Positions 32,789 through 40,298 of a stretch of DNA of 40,897 nt are shown in pieces; within the stretch, counting starts at the first letter, position 1; the number at the start of each line of letters is the position of its first letter. This stretch comes from a virus. Its lineage: Duplodnaviria; Caudoviricetes. The position numbers and the translations under genes are program-made. The notes under the pieces are model-generated. The model did no database searches. It was given only the letters and a program-made list of their open reading frames with translations, and had not been told where the DNA came from. The DNA lies in IMG/VR virus record IMGVR_UViG_3300037634_005504, positions 1-40,897 of that record; one strand, written 5' to 3'.

Positions 32789-32916
32789 TTGAGCATCTTT
32801 TTAATTGTCATGGAGAATGGCAGATTTTGTTGACGGCGTTGGGGTCTGCTCCTATTGTGGGAGTTTGGTTTCGTGCCTTGTTTATTAAGGGGGAGCTGAA
32901 GAGTGAAAATCGGTGA
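32785..32916 (+). CDS. 43-aa hydrophobic micro-protein
   Basis: MIEHLFNCHGEWQILLTALGSAPIVGVWFRALFIKGELKSENR; coupled on both sides. Confidence 0.58.
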   Translation: MIEHLFNCHGEWQILLTALGSAPIVGVWFRALFIKGELKSENR

Positions 32917-33091
32917 CTTGGTAAAGTGTCGCCCTCGCAATGAGTGGGAACACTATGATGAGTGGCTTGGACTTGTAATTAGTGCGCCCCCTTTGGGCAG
33001 AACGGTGGAGTGGGTGAACTCCGACGATGGCAGAGTAGAGAGAGTCAATCACTCCCCAGAAGAATTGGTATTGGTAAATGAAAATCGGTGA
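32903..33091 (+). CDS. KOW/SH3-like array protein
   Basis: MKIGDLV...LGLVI...TVEW...ELVLV. Confidence 0.8.
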   Translation: MKIGDLVKCRPRNEWEHYDEWLGLVISAPPLGRTVEWVNSDDGRVERVNHSPEELVLVNENR

Positions 33092-33284
33092 TTTGGTAAA
33101 ATACTCAGAGGAATTGATGGGGCTGGGAACGTGTCTTGGAGTCGTCATTGGTATCAACGGGCAAGCAGTGGATGTTCAGTGGATGGACCCCCATTCTCGC
33201 AAGCGAGGCGTAGGGGAATCTGTGGGGCGTGAATTTTCGTGTGAACTCCCCGACTTTTTGGAGGTTGTAAGTGAAAATCGGTGA
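33078..33284 (+). CDS. KOW/SH3-like array protein
   Basis: MKIGDLV...LGVVI...VDVQW...FLEVV. Confidence 0.8.
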   Translation: MKIGDLVKYSEELMGLGTCLGVVIGINGQAVDVQWMDPHSRKRGVGESVGREFSCELPDFLEVVSENR

Positions 33285-33465
33285 TATTGTAAAGTTGGTT
33301 GCAGAACCCCAAGTTGATTGGATGTTCAACTATTTGGAGGAAACTTTCCAAGTGCTTGATTTCCCTACTGAAACTGGGGTGGAACTTAAGATGATTGGGA
33401 GTGTTCCCGATTGGATTTGGATTATTGGAAAAGATAATCTAAAGGTGGCCGATGAAGAAGGGTGA
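33271..33465 (+). CDS. KOW/SH3-like array protein
   Basis: MKIGDIV...NLKV. Confidence 0.78.
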   Translation: MKIGDIVKLVAEPQVDWMFNYLEETFQVLDFPTETGVELKMIGSVPDWIWIIGKDNLKVADEEG

Positions 33466-33670
33466 CATTGTAGAAGTGCTGCCGAACTCGGAAAACGAAT
33501 GGATGGAACAATATGTGAATCGTCTGTTTGAAGTAAAAGAAGTTTACGACCGTCGGTGCCTTGTGCGAATGTTAAATGTTACCAATCAAGAAAGATATTG
33601 GTTCAGCGAGAAGGAGAATTTTCGAATGGCTGAGTTAAAAATTGTGGAGATAGAAGAAGATGAAACTTGA
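33452..33670 (+). CDS. KOW/SH3-like array protein
   Basis: MKKGDIV; resembles the preceding gene (WM..Y....F.V). Confidence 0.78.
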   Translation: MKKGDIVEVLPNSENEWMEQYVNRLFEVKEVYDRRCLVRMLNVTNQERYWFSEKENFRMAELKIVEIEEDET

Positions 33671-33986
33671 AAATTGTTCATGGAATGCTGTAGACGTTTT
33701 GAACACTGTTGATGGTGCGGAACTAGTTACAATAGTGCGCGACATTTACTTGTGCGTCTGGTACGGAGGCGGAACGGTGGAGGTTTATGATGTTACCAAT
33801 CCTAAAATGACATCGGAAATGGAGCCGCTCCGCTATAACGCCCCGCGAACCTTGCTTTCGGCACACGAAGCGATCGATGAATACTTTATCCAGCTTGATG
33901 CTGACTTTGAGGATTCCTGCTTGACAACACCTCTCTTAGGTGTTATAGTTAATATAGAATCAGACGACACCACGGAGGTAAACTGA
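33660..33986 (+). CDS. hypothetical protein
   Basis: GGAG RBS; 108 aa. Confidence 0.6.
   Translation: MKLENCSWNAVDVLNTVDGAELVTIVRDIYLCVWYGGGTVEVYDVTNPKMTSEMEPLRYNAPRTLLSAHEAIDEYFIQLDADFEDSCLTTPLLGVIVNIESDDTTEVN
33921..33949 (+). promoter_or_regulatory. sigma70-type early promoter
   Basis: TTGACA-N17-TATAGT, TGn. Confidence 0.75.
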
Positions 33987-34231
33987 TGAATGAAGAAATG
34001 TTAAGGGCGCTCATAAATGGAGACGTATTGCAACTAGAAAAGACAGCACTCGAAAGTCTGACGGAAGACCGTCGAGCGTCTGGTAGTTTAGGGGATGATG
34101 TCGATGATCTGCTGTCCGAAGCAGGTATTTACTGGGATACTCTAAATAAAGAATACTTCAGTATTGATACTTTTCAGCGTGAAACCTTTGACCGATTGGC
34201 TGCTGAGTATGCTTCCCAAGACTACGCCTGA
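33986..34231 (+). CDS. acidic hypothetical protein
   Basis: GGAGG RBS; 81 aa. Confidence 0.7.
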   Translation: MNEEMLRALINGDVLQLEKTALESLTEDRRASGSLGDDVDDLLSEAGIYWDTLNKEYFSIDTFQRETFDRLAAEYASQDYA

Positions 34232-34562
34232 TAACCGTTACATTGTTCCCTGGCCGCCTGTTATCTGGACGGCTCCGGTATCTGGCAAACGCTATGCAGG
34301 TGCAGGGGGAACACACATCGAAATTGACGATGACTGGACTCTGGCTGATGTTGAGGGGTTCTTTTGTTGGGGCAAAGAAGCGCGCCGATTGCGAAAGCCC
34401 GAAGAAGCCCAAGATACCAAATCAATCGAAGTCAAGGGATCCAAAGGACAGAAGTATACTGTTACCAAAACTGGGAGCACCTGGAAATGCGAGTGCCGTG
34501 GCTTCGCCTTTAGGCGAGATTGCAAGCACATCCAAAACCTTAAAATCCTACTTGAGGGTTGA
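34209..34562 (+). CDS. SWIM zinc-finger protein
   Basis: VKGSKGQKYTV...WKCECRGFAFRRDCKH (CxC-x8-CxH). Confidence 0.82.
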   Translation: MLPKTTPDNRYIVPWPPVIWTAPVSGKRYAGAGGTHIEIDDDWTLADVEGFFCWGKEARRLRKPEEAQDTKSIEVKGSKGQKYTVTKTGSTWKCECRGFAFRRDCKHIQNLKILLEG

Positions 34563-34587
34563 CAACCCGGCTCCAGTGTGCTAGTAT
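34559..34587 (+). promoter_or_regulatory. sigma70-type early promoter
   Basis: TTGACA-N17-TAGTAT, TGn; downstream CACGATGGAGG. Confidence 0.75.
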
Positions 34588-34614
34588 ATATACACGATGG
34601 AGGAAGGCACCACG

Positions 34615-35223
34615 ATGCAAAAACGAATCAATAACGTGATGGGTCGAATCTCGATTGCTGGGGACGAAAGTTCCTGGGATTTCGGGTTCATGCAATCCCT
34701 GGAAGAGCAACTCAACAAGCGCGGCAGTTTGTCTCCGCGTCAAGAAGAGGTCTTGCAGCAGGTTGAAGGACGATGGTCTGATGAGGCTTTGAGTTCCCGC
34801 GCAACCTGGGCAGACGATTGGGACAAAGACAAAGAAGCGAAGTTTTGGATTGCTCTCCAGTATTACCACAAGACGGGATACTACGGCAACATTGTTTATA
34901 AGTATCTGACGACTGCGGGATGCCGCTGCGCCGGGGCTCCTTCCGAGAAGGAATACAACAAGCTGGTATTGAACAAGTACGCGGCTGGTGTCATTCGGAA
35001 CCTTGAAGGAGAACCCAAATTCCCTGTTGGGACGCCTGCCGTCTTTCGGACGGGTGCTCGCTCCAACAAGGGCAAACCGTGTATTGTTCTAAAGCACGGG
35101 GATGTAACCACGGTCAATTCACACGCAAAGGGAGCAAAGCCAGTTCAGGTTTTGCCGATCGGCTCTGCCGCTCCAGTGTGGACCGAAGAACGATGGCTGA
35201 AGAAAGCCAAGAAGAGAAAGTAA
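34615..35223 (+). CDS. hypothetical protein with C-terminal KOW/SH3-like segment
   Basis: GGAGG upstream; C-terminal PKFPVGTPAV...PCIVL...VQVL...WTEERWLK. Confidence 0.75.
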   Translation: MQKRINNVMGRISIAGDESSWDFGFMQSLEEQLNKRGSLSPRQEEVLQQVEGRWSDEALSSRATWADDWDKDKEAKFWIALQYYHKTGYYGNIVYKYLTTAGCRCAGAPSEKEYNKLVLNKYAAGVIRNLEGEPKFPVGTPAVFRTGARSNKGKPCIVLKHGDVTTVNSHAKGAKPVQVLPIGSAAPVWTEERWLKKAKKRK

Positions 35224-35414
35224 AGTCTGGCTTTATTATAGAGCGAGATTATACAAGGGGTGAACAAAACTAAAGTGTGGATTCAATGACAACCATGAAT
35301 CCCAGCGTATGCGGAAGTATTGAACGGAGCAAAGTCGCGAATTGTGTGAAAAGTTGTCTAGGTAGCAACACCTGAAAAGTGGTTGCCCCCCTTTTATTAA
35401 ATGACAGATAGTGG

Positions 35415-35443
35415 TTGACAGCAGACCCAAAAGATGCTAAGAT
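35415..35443 (+). promoter_or_regulatory. sigma70-type early promoter
   Basis: TTGACA-N17-TAAGAT, TGn. Confidence 0.72.
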
Positions 35444-35489
35444 ATAATCAGAAGCTAGAAATAGAACCCTCCACGAGAGAGTAAAAAAC

Positions 35490-36347
35490 ATGAGTTGGAC
35501 AGGCACCGTAAGGTGTGGAAATTGTTACGAGAATGGGCACAACAAGACAGGCTGCCCCGAACTACGAAAAGCCTGGGAGAAAGACCCCGACAGTTATAAG
35601 GGTCGCCAATGGGCAACCATCCTTGCCCGCAAGGCACTACCCAAAGTTTGCGGCTACTGCGACGAAACCGGACACACCCGCGCAGGGTGCGATACCATGA
35701 AGGCGCACAAGTCTCAGTTTCAGGAGGATCTGATTCTGTGGCGCATGGCGCTCGTGAAGTGGATGAAGGACATAGGACTCGGAGTTGGTGCTTTGGTGAA
35801 GTGTGAGGATGCGTCTTATTACCGAGGTGATACTTATATGTATCCTGGCGACGAGAACTACATTGCTCCGGTGGGGATGATTATGCACCCGCCCAATGGG
35901 GAGTATCTTACCCATTACTCAGGCATCCCGAATACTTCTCAATGGAACAACGCGCATGGACTCTTTGTGTTTGAGCGCCTCGGTGCCGGTATTGAGGAGC
36001 AGGCGTATCGCAAGAGCGTTGGGCTTACGCTTCCCTGTATTGCGGGGATCGTCCCGCGCTTAGGAACGGGCTACTACCAGAAGTCAGTTGACCGGCAGGA
36101 CCGACTCAACAATGTTGACTGGGAAGTGGTTTCTCCCGCACAAGGCGAGTTTACTAATGGCAAGTTGGTTCTTCTCAAGGAATTGAAGAAGGCCACGAAA
36201 ACCCACTTCGCTGCTCCACAGGAAGAGAAAGAAGGTGGCTTTTACACCTTCGGGGACTTCCAAAGGAAGCAGCTTCAACGATATGTAAACGGAGAAATTG
36301 AACTTTCTCAAATGAAAGATCCCGAACTTCCTCAGACTGATAGTTAG
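35490..36347 (+). CDS. double CCHC zinc-knuckle protein
   Basis: CGNCYENGHNKTGC and CGYCDETGHTRAGC (C-x2-C-x4-H-x4-C). Confidence 0.82.
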   Translation: MSWTGTVRCGNCYENGHNKTGCPELRKAWEKDPDSYKGRQWATILARKALPKVCGYCDETGHTRAGCDTMKAHKSQFQEDLILWRMALVKWMKDIGLGVGALVKCEDASYYRGDTYMYPGDENYIAPVGMIMHPPNGEYLTHYSGIPNTSQWNNAHGLFVFERLGAGIEEQAYRKSVGLTLPCIAGIVPRLGTGYYQKSVDRQDRLNNVDWEVVSPAQGEFTNGKLVLLKELKKATKTHFAAPQEEKEGGFYTFGDFQRKQLQRYVNGEIELSQMKDPELPQTDS

Positions 36348-36374
36348 TATAGAACTGAGGTATACTTTTATTAC

Positions 36375-36403
36375 TTGACACAGGGGCACCTGTGTGGTAT
36401 ATT
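36375..36403 (+). promoter_or_regulatory. sigma70-type early promoter
   Basis: TTGACA-N17-TATATT, TGn. Confidence 0.78.
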
Positions 36404-36448
36404 ATAAATAATGGAGGGGGCGATTAAGCCCCACAACTAGGAAATAAC

Positions 36449-37510
36449 ATGGCAATCGACTTCAAGAATCTTCTCCTCGTCCTTCCGCACGTTACAAGTG
36501 CGAATCACCCTGTCCTGCTTCGTGGTCGCCACGGCATTGGTAAGTCTTCTGTGATTTACCAGTATGCAGCTTCTCTCGGTCTGCCGATTGTGGAAAGGCG
36601 CGCAAGTCAGATGACGGAAGGCGACCTTCTCGGTCTGCCGACTGTTGACGAAGGCGTAACTTCCTTTTGTCCTCCTGACTGGCTCGCGATGGCTTGCGAT
36701 ACTCCAGTGGTACTCTTCCTCGATGAGGTTGACCGTGCAACTCTGGAAGTTCGCCAGGGCATCTTTGAGCTTTGCGACTCCCGCAAGCTCGCTGGTCACA
36801 ACCTGCATGCCGAAACTCTGATTTTCGCTGCCGTGAATGGTGGAACCCACGCAGGTGCTGCTTCCTATCAGGTGGGCGAGATGGACCCTGCCGAGTTGGA
36901 CCGCTACACCGTCTTTGACGTTGAGCCTTCCATTGATGATTGGATTAGCTGGGCTGCGGGGAACTGCGATGCTCTCGTCACCGACTTCATTCGGAACAAC
37001 ACCGAGCACTTGGAGCACAACGACGACCCGGAGCCGAACAAGGTTTATCCTTCGCGTCGTTCCTGGGCACGATTCTCCGACACTGTTTCGGCTGCTTGCC
37101 TTCTGGAAGCAGGACAGTCTAACCCGGCTGTGTTTGCTTTGGCTTCCGCTTACCTGGGTTTTGAGGCTGCGGTTTCCTTCAACGACTTCGTTGCGAACTA
37201 CAGCAAGGTTGTTACTATTTCGGATGTGCTCGACAAGGGCAAGACCATTGATGTGGACCTGAACCAGCACTGTGCTCTCATTGATAAGATGGGTGCGAGT
37301 GACCGATTCGCCAATGCTCTCAACGAGGGTGAACTGATGAATCTGGCAGCGTACTTCATGTCTCTGCCGTCCGAGCCTGCTATGAAGCTCTGGACCGTGA
37401 TTGGTCAGGCGAATCAGGACAACGCTATCTCTTTCCACTCCACGAAGGACAAGGAAGGTCGCGCAGTCGGCAATTACCTTGTTGAAATCCTGACTGGCGA
37501 CAAATGCTGA
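36449..37510 (+). CDS. MoxR-like AAA+ ATPase
   Basis: Walker A GRHGIGKS, Walker B VLFLDEVDRA, MDPAELDRY, PSRRSW. Confidence 0.9.
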   Translation: MAIDFKNLLLVLPHVTSANHPVLLRGRHGIGKSSVIYQYAASLGLPIVERRASQMTEGDLLGLPTVDEGVTSFCPPDWLAMACDTPVVLFLDEVDRATLEVRQGIFELCDSRKLAGHNLHAETLIFAAVNGGTHAGAASYQVGEMDPAELDRYTVFDVEPSIDDWISWAAGNCDALVTDFIRNNTEHLEHNDDPEPNKVYPSRRSWARFSDTVSAACLLEAGQSNPAVFALASAYLGFEAAVSFNDFVANYSKVVTISDVLDKGKTIDVDLNQHCALIDKMGASDRFANALNEGELMNLAAYFMSLPSEPAMKLWTVIGQANQDNAISFHSTKDKEGRAVGNYLVEILTGDKC

Positions 37511-37513
37511 TTA

Positions 37514-37569
37514 GTGGCGGGTCTGTCAAGTGTACAAGTCCAATCCGCGCTTGACAGACCCCCACTTTT
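37514..37569. repeat. inverted repeat/hairpin overlapping the next promoter (possible terminator)
   Basis: GGGTCTGTCAAG (37519-37530) / CTTGACAGACCC (37550-37561), extended by GTGG/CCAC, then TTTT. Confidence 0.7.
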
Positions 37570-37579
37570 CTGCTATACT
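37551..37579 (+). promoter_or_regulatory. sigma70-type early promoter
   Basis: TTGACA-N17-TATACT, TGn. Confidence 0.8.
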
Positions 37580-37604
37580 ATAGTTAACAATGGAGGAACG
37601 CTCA

Positions 37605-38885
37605 ATGACCGAGCCAGCCAAAAGCGAAGTAACCGAAACCGAGGAAGTGGATGTGTCTGCTTTCGACCTTAACATTCACGTTCACCGTCTGCTGATGGAC
37701 GAACCTTTCTTCGCTGCGCTTTCGCGTCGGATGGATAAGCGCGCAACGAACGCGATTCCAACTGCCGGTGTGACTGTGACCGAGGAAGGCAAGTTGCAGA
37801 TGGTGTATAACCCAAAGTTCTTCGCGCCCCTGACGGACGAAGCACGAAAGGACATTCTAAAGCATGAGTTCTATCACATTGTGTTTCAGCATGTTACTGG
37901 TGGGCGCTTTCTGTCCTTCCGGGACATGGCACCGAACGAACGGAAGATTCACAACATCGCGATGGACCTCGCAATTAACGGCAACCTGCCGAATCTTCCC
38001 GAGGGTGCTTGCTTCCCTGGACAGGGGCCATTCGCCCACTTGCAACCACACAAGACTGCCGAGCACTATCTTCGCGAGCTTCGCAAGATGCAGAAGGACC
38101 CGCCCGAGGGCGAAGGCAACTGCGAAGGCGAAGGCGGCGCAGGACAGCCGGGACAGGGCAACGGAAACCCCCTGGACGGAATGGACTCTTTCGATGACCA
38201 CTCTGGTTGGGATGATGTTGACGAGCAGACAAAGCAGATTGCCGAGGAGCGAGTCAAGGAGTTCATCAAGGATGCAGTTGAGGAAGCAAACACGTCGTCC
38301 CGAGGATGGGGAAGTGTTCCCGCTGATTGCCGAAAGGAAATCATCGCCTCTATCTCAACGAAGGTTGACTGGCGCAAGGTGCTTCGCTACTTTGTGAAGC
38401 AGAGTCAGAAGGCTAACAAGCGGAGCACGGTTCGTAAGATTAACAAGCGTTACCCTTACCAGCATCCCGGCAAGAAGGCAACTCGGACTGCAAAGATTGC
38501 GGTTGCAATCGACCAATCCGGCTCTGTTTCCGAGGCTATGCTGACCGCATTCTTTGCGGAGTTGAACACCCTGGCAAAGATTGCAGACTTCACAGTGATT
38601 CCATTCGATACCCGCGTGGACCCCGAGAAGAACTGGGTTTGGAAGAAGGGGCAAAGTCGCAAGACCGAGCGCACGATGTATGGTGGAACCTGCTTCGACG
38701 CTCCGACCAAGTTTGTCAATGAAACCGGAGGGTTCGATGGTCTTATCATCTGCACTGACATGGAAGCGCCGAAGCCGGTTCGCTGCAATGTTCAGCGGAT
38801 GTGGATTACCGATGAGTACCACGGCAACCGACCCTACTTTAACCCGAAGCCGGAACGAATGGTTGTCGTTCCGACCGATAAATAA
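37605..38885 (+). CDS. metallopeptidase-like plus vWA protein (DUF2201-like MoxR partner)
   Basis: HEFYH, NIAMDLAIN, VAIDQSGS (MIDAS), GGTCF, ICTD. Confidence 0.88.
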   Translation: MTEPAKSEVTETEEVDVSAFDLNIHVHRLLMDEPFFAALSRRMDKRATNAIPTAGVTVTEEGKLQMVYNPKFFAPLTDEARKDILKHEFYHIVFQHVTGGRFLSFRDMAPNERKIHNIAMDLAINGNLPNLPEGACFPGQGPFAHLQPHKTAEHYLRELRKMQKDPPEGEGNCEGEGGAGQPGQGNGNPLDGMDSFDDHSGWDDVDEQTKQIAEERVKEFIKDAVEEANTSSRGWGSVPADCRKEIIASISTKVDWRKVLRYFVKQSQKANKRSTVRKINKRYPYQHPGKKATRTAKIAVAIDQSGSVSEAMLTAFFAELNTLAKIADFTVIPFDTRVDPEKNWVWKKGQSRKTERTMYGGTCFDAPTKFVNETGGFDGLIICTDMEAPKPVRCNVQRMWITDEYHGNRPYFNPKPERMVVVPTDK

Positions 38886-38912
38886 ACTACACAACCCGAA
38901 AAAGAAAACCTA

Positions 38913-38993
38913 ATGATTGAACTAATGCTTTTAGCCCTGTGCTGGATTATGGTCAGCGCATACTCTTATGAAAAGGAACTTAACAGACGATGA
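38913..38993 (+). CDS. 26-aa hydrophobic micro-peptide
   Basis: MIELMLLALCWIMVSAYSYEKELNRR; ATGA-coupled to the next ORF. Confidence 0.48.
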   Translation: MIELMLLALCWIMVSAYSYEKELNRR

Positions 38994-39079
38994 ATATTTG
39001 GGATACCTGTAACTCACTACGCTATGGTTTTGATGAAGAATACGACAGCCCGTCTTTCGATGAGGAAGAAGATGAGTAG
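38990..39079 (+). CDS. 29-aa acidic micro-peptide
   Basis: AAGGA upstream; MNIWDTCNSLRYGFDEEYDSPSFDEEEDE. Confidence 0.45.
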   Translation: MNIWDTCNSLRYGFDEEYDSPSFDEEEDE

Positions 39080-39362
39080 ACTAAGAAATGAAGAGGTGCT
39101 TGAGAAGTGGAAGGATGGCGAAACTGCCAGTTCTCACACCGGAGCACTTTGTACAAATGGCCGCGATTTGTTTTCATACAATTTGCGAATTGGTTATCGT
39201 TCCCGTAGTGGTCAAACCATTTTGGGAGACTTCACATCTCCCGGTGGCGACTTCCACTCAATGACCACTTCGTGTCATGTTGGAAAGGCTCGCGGCATCG
39301 CGGATCACATCATGCACCCGGTAGTATTCCAGAAGTCGAAGTTCAAGCAAGATGAAGATTGA
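39072..39362 (+). CDS. hypothetical protein
   Basis: GAGG RBS; LFSYNLRIG...SMTTSCHV. Confidence 0.72.
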   Translation: MSRLRNEEVLEKWKDGETASSHTGALCTNGRDLFSYNLRIGYRSRSGQTILGDFTSPGGDFHSMTTSCHVGKARGIADHIMHPVVFQKSKFKQDED

Positions 39363-39582
39363 ACTAACGGACAAGGAAGTGACCACCATTCTGGTGGCGT
39401 TGGACAACTATCGCGACTTGATGCAAGATCGTTTTCATTGGAGCGGTGACGAATCCGACCAACAAGAAGAAGGTTCAGCCGAATGGTGCTGGCAGAAGAT
39501 TATGACAACACAACAAACACAACTTAATACCCAAACAAACGCTCTGGTGGACCCGTTTAGTCTTCCGAGCGAGGAGAAATAG
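39352..39582 (+). CDS. hypothetical protein
   Basis: Overlap-coupled 76-aa ORF. Confidence 0.65.
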   Translation: MKIELTDKEVTTILVALDNYRDLMQDRFHWSGDESDQQEEGSAEWCWQKIMTTQQTQLNTQTNALVDPFSLPSEEK

Positions 39583-39583
39583 A

Positions 39584-40207
39584 ATGACTACAGTTTATAG
39601 CTCGCCTTATGCGAACAACATCGGCAAGATGGAGAACAGTGAGATTACAGGTCTTGCAAAGAATCGCTTTACTGATGCGGAAACGATGCTTGCGATTTCA
39701 AAGGGTCATTACCGTCTCGGTAAGGAGTATCTTGCCAGCAACCCAAACATCACACCGGAAGCAGCGCGGGAACTCTGGGACCATCGAGGCTACGTCTTCA
39801 AGGCAACGATGATGGCGCATGGAACGATTAAGTTGAAAAAGAAGGAATATACGGAAGTATACCGTCAGTATTTCAAGAATAACAAACGGTCACACTGGCG
39901 CATGATGCAAGCATTCTTCGGTGGCAACTATTGGTGGTCAGCCAAAAAGCAGAATAGCCGAACGCCAGCCAAACTTCTTCAGGAGATTCACGACGATTTG
40001 TCAGACGAGGAAAAGAGCCGCACTTACACGTTGTCGCGTTTCATCGAACATCCGAATTGCCCGCTTGACCTTGCTCTCAGAATTGGGACGATGAAGACTC
40101 CCGAGCATGCCCCGTCATACTATAGAGATGATTTCGACGGGCTTCGGAACAAGGCGATGTTGAAGGTCGCGGAGATCACAAAGCGCGAAAGCGCCGATTC
40201 GCGGTAA
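39584..40207 (+). CDS. hypothetical helical-repeat-like protein
   Basis: GAGGAG RBS; LAKNRFT, LASNPNIT and IEHPNCP repeat-like motifs. Confidence 0.72.
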   Translation: MTTVYSSPYANNIGKMENSEITGLAKNRFTDAETMLAISKGHYRLGKEYLASNPNITPEAARELWDHRGYVFKATMMAHGTIKLKKKEYTEVYRQYFKNNKRSHWRMMQAFFGGNYWWSAKKQNSRTPAKLLQEIHDDLSDEEKSRTYTLSRFIEHPNCPLDLALRIGTMKTPEHAPSYYRDDFDGLRNKAMLKVAEITKRESADSR

Positions 40208-40218
40208 TTTTTTTCCCC

Positions 40219-40247
40219 TTGACACGCACAGCCTAGTATGCTATGTT
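40219..40247 (+). promoter_or_regulatory. sigma70-type early promoter
   Basis: TTGACA-N17-TATGTT, TGn. Confidence 0.75.
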
Positions 40248-40298
40248 ATAGATAGTTGGGGGCGCTGAAGCCGCCGAACGCACAAGAGGATTCTTCCC

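Noticed and set aside
28302-33465. Repeat-spacer periodicity resembling a CRISPR array or integron
   Set aside because: Repeats are only about 14 nt and coding, spacers are 120-250-nt ORFs, and no cas gene, integrase or attC-like palindromes are visible
27744-33670. Diversity-generating retroelement as the source of KOW variation
   Set aside because: No reverse transcriptase and no template/variable repeat pair differing only at adenines in this window
36437-37438. 333-aa minus-strand ORF
   Set aside because: Antisense shadow of the AAA+ ATPase; no motifs or RBS
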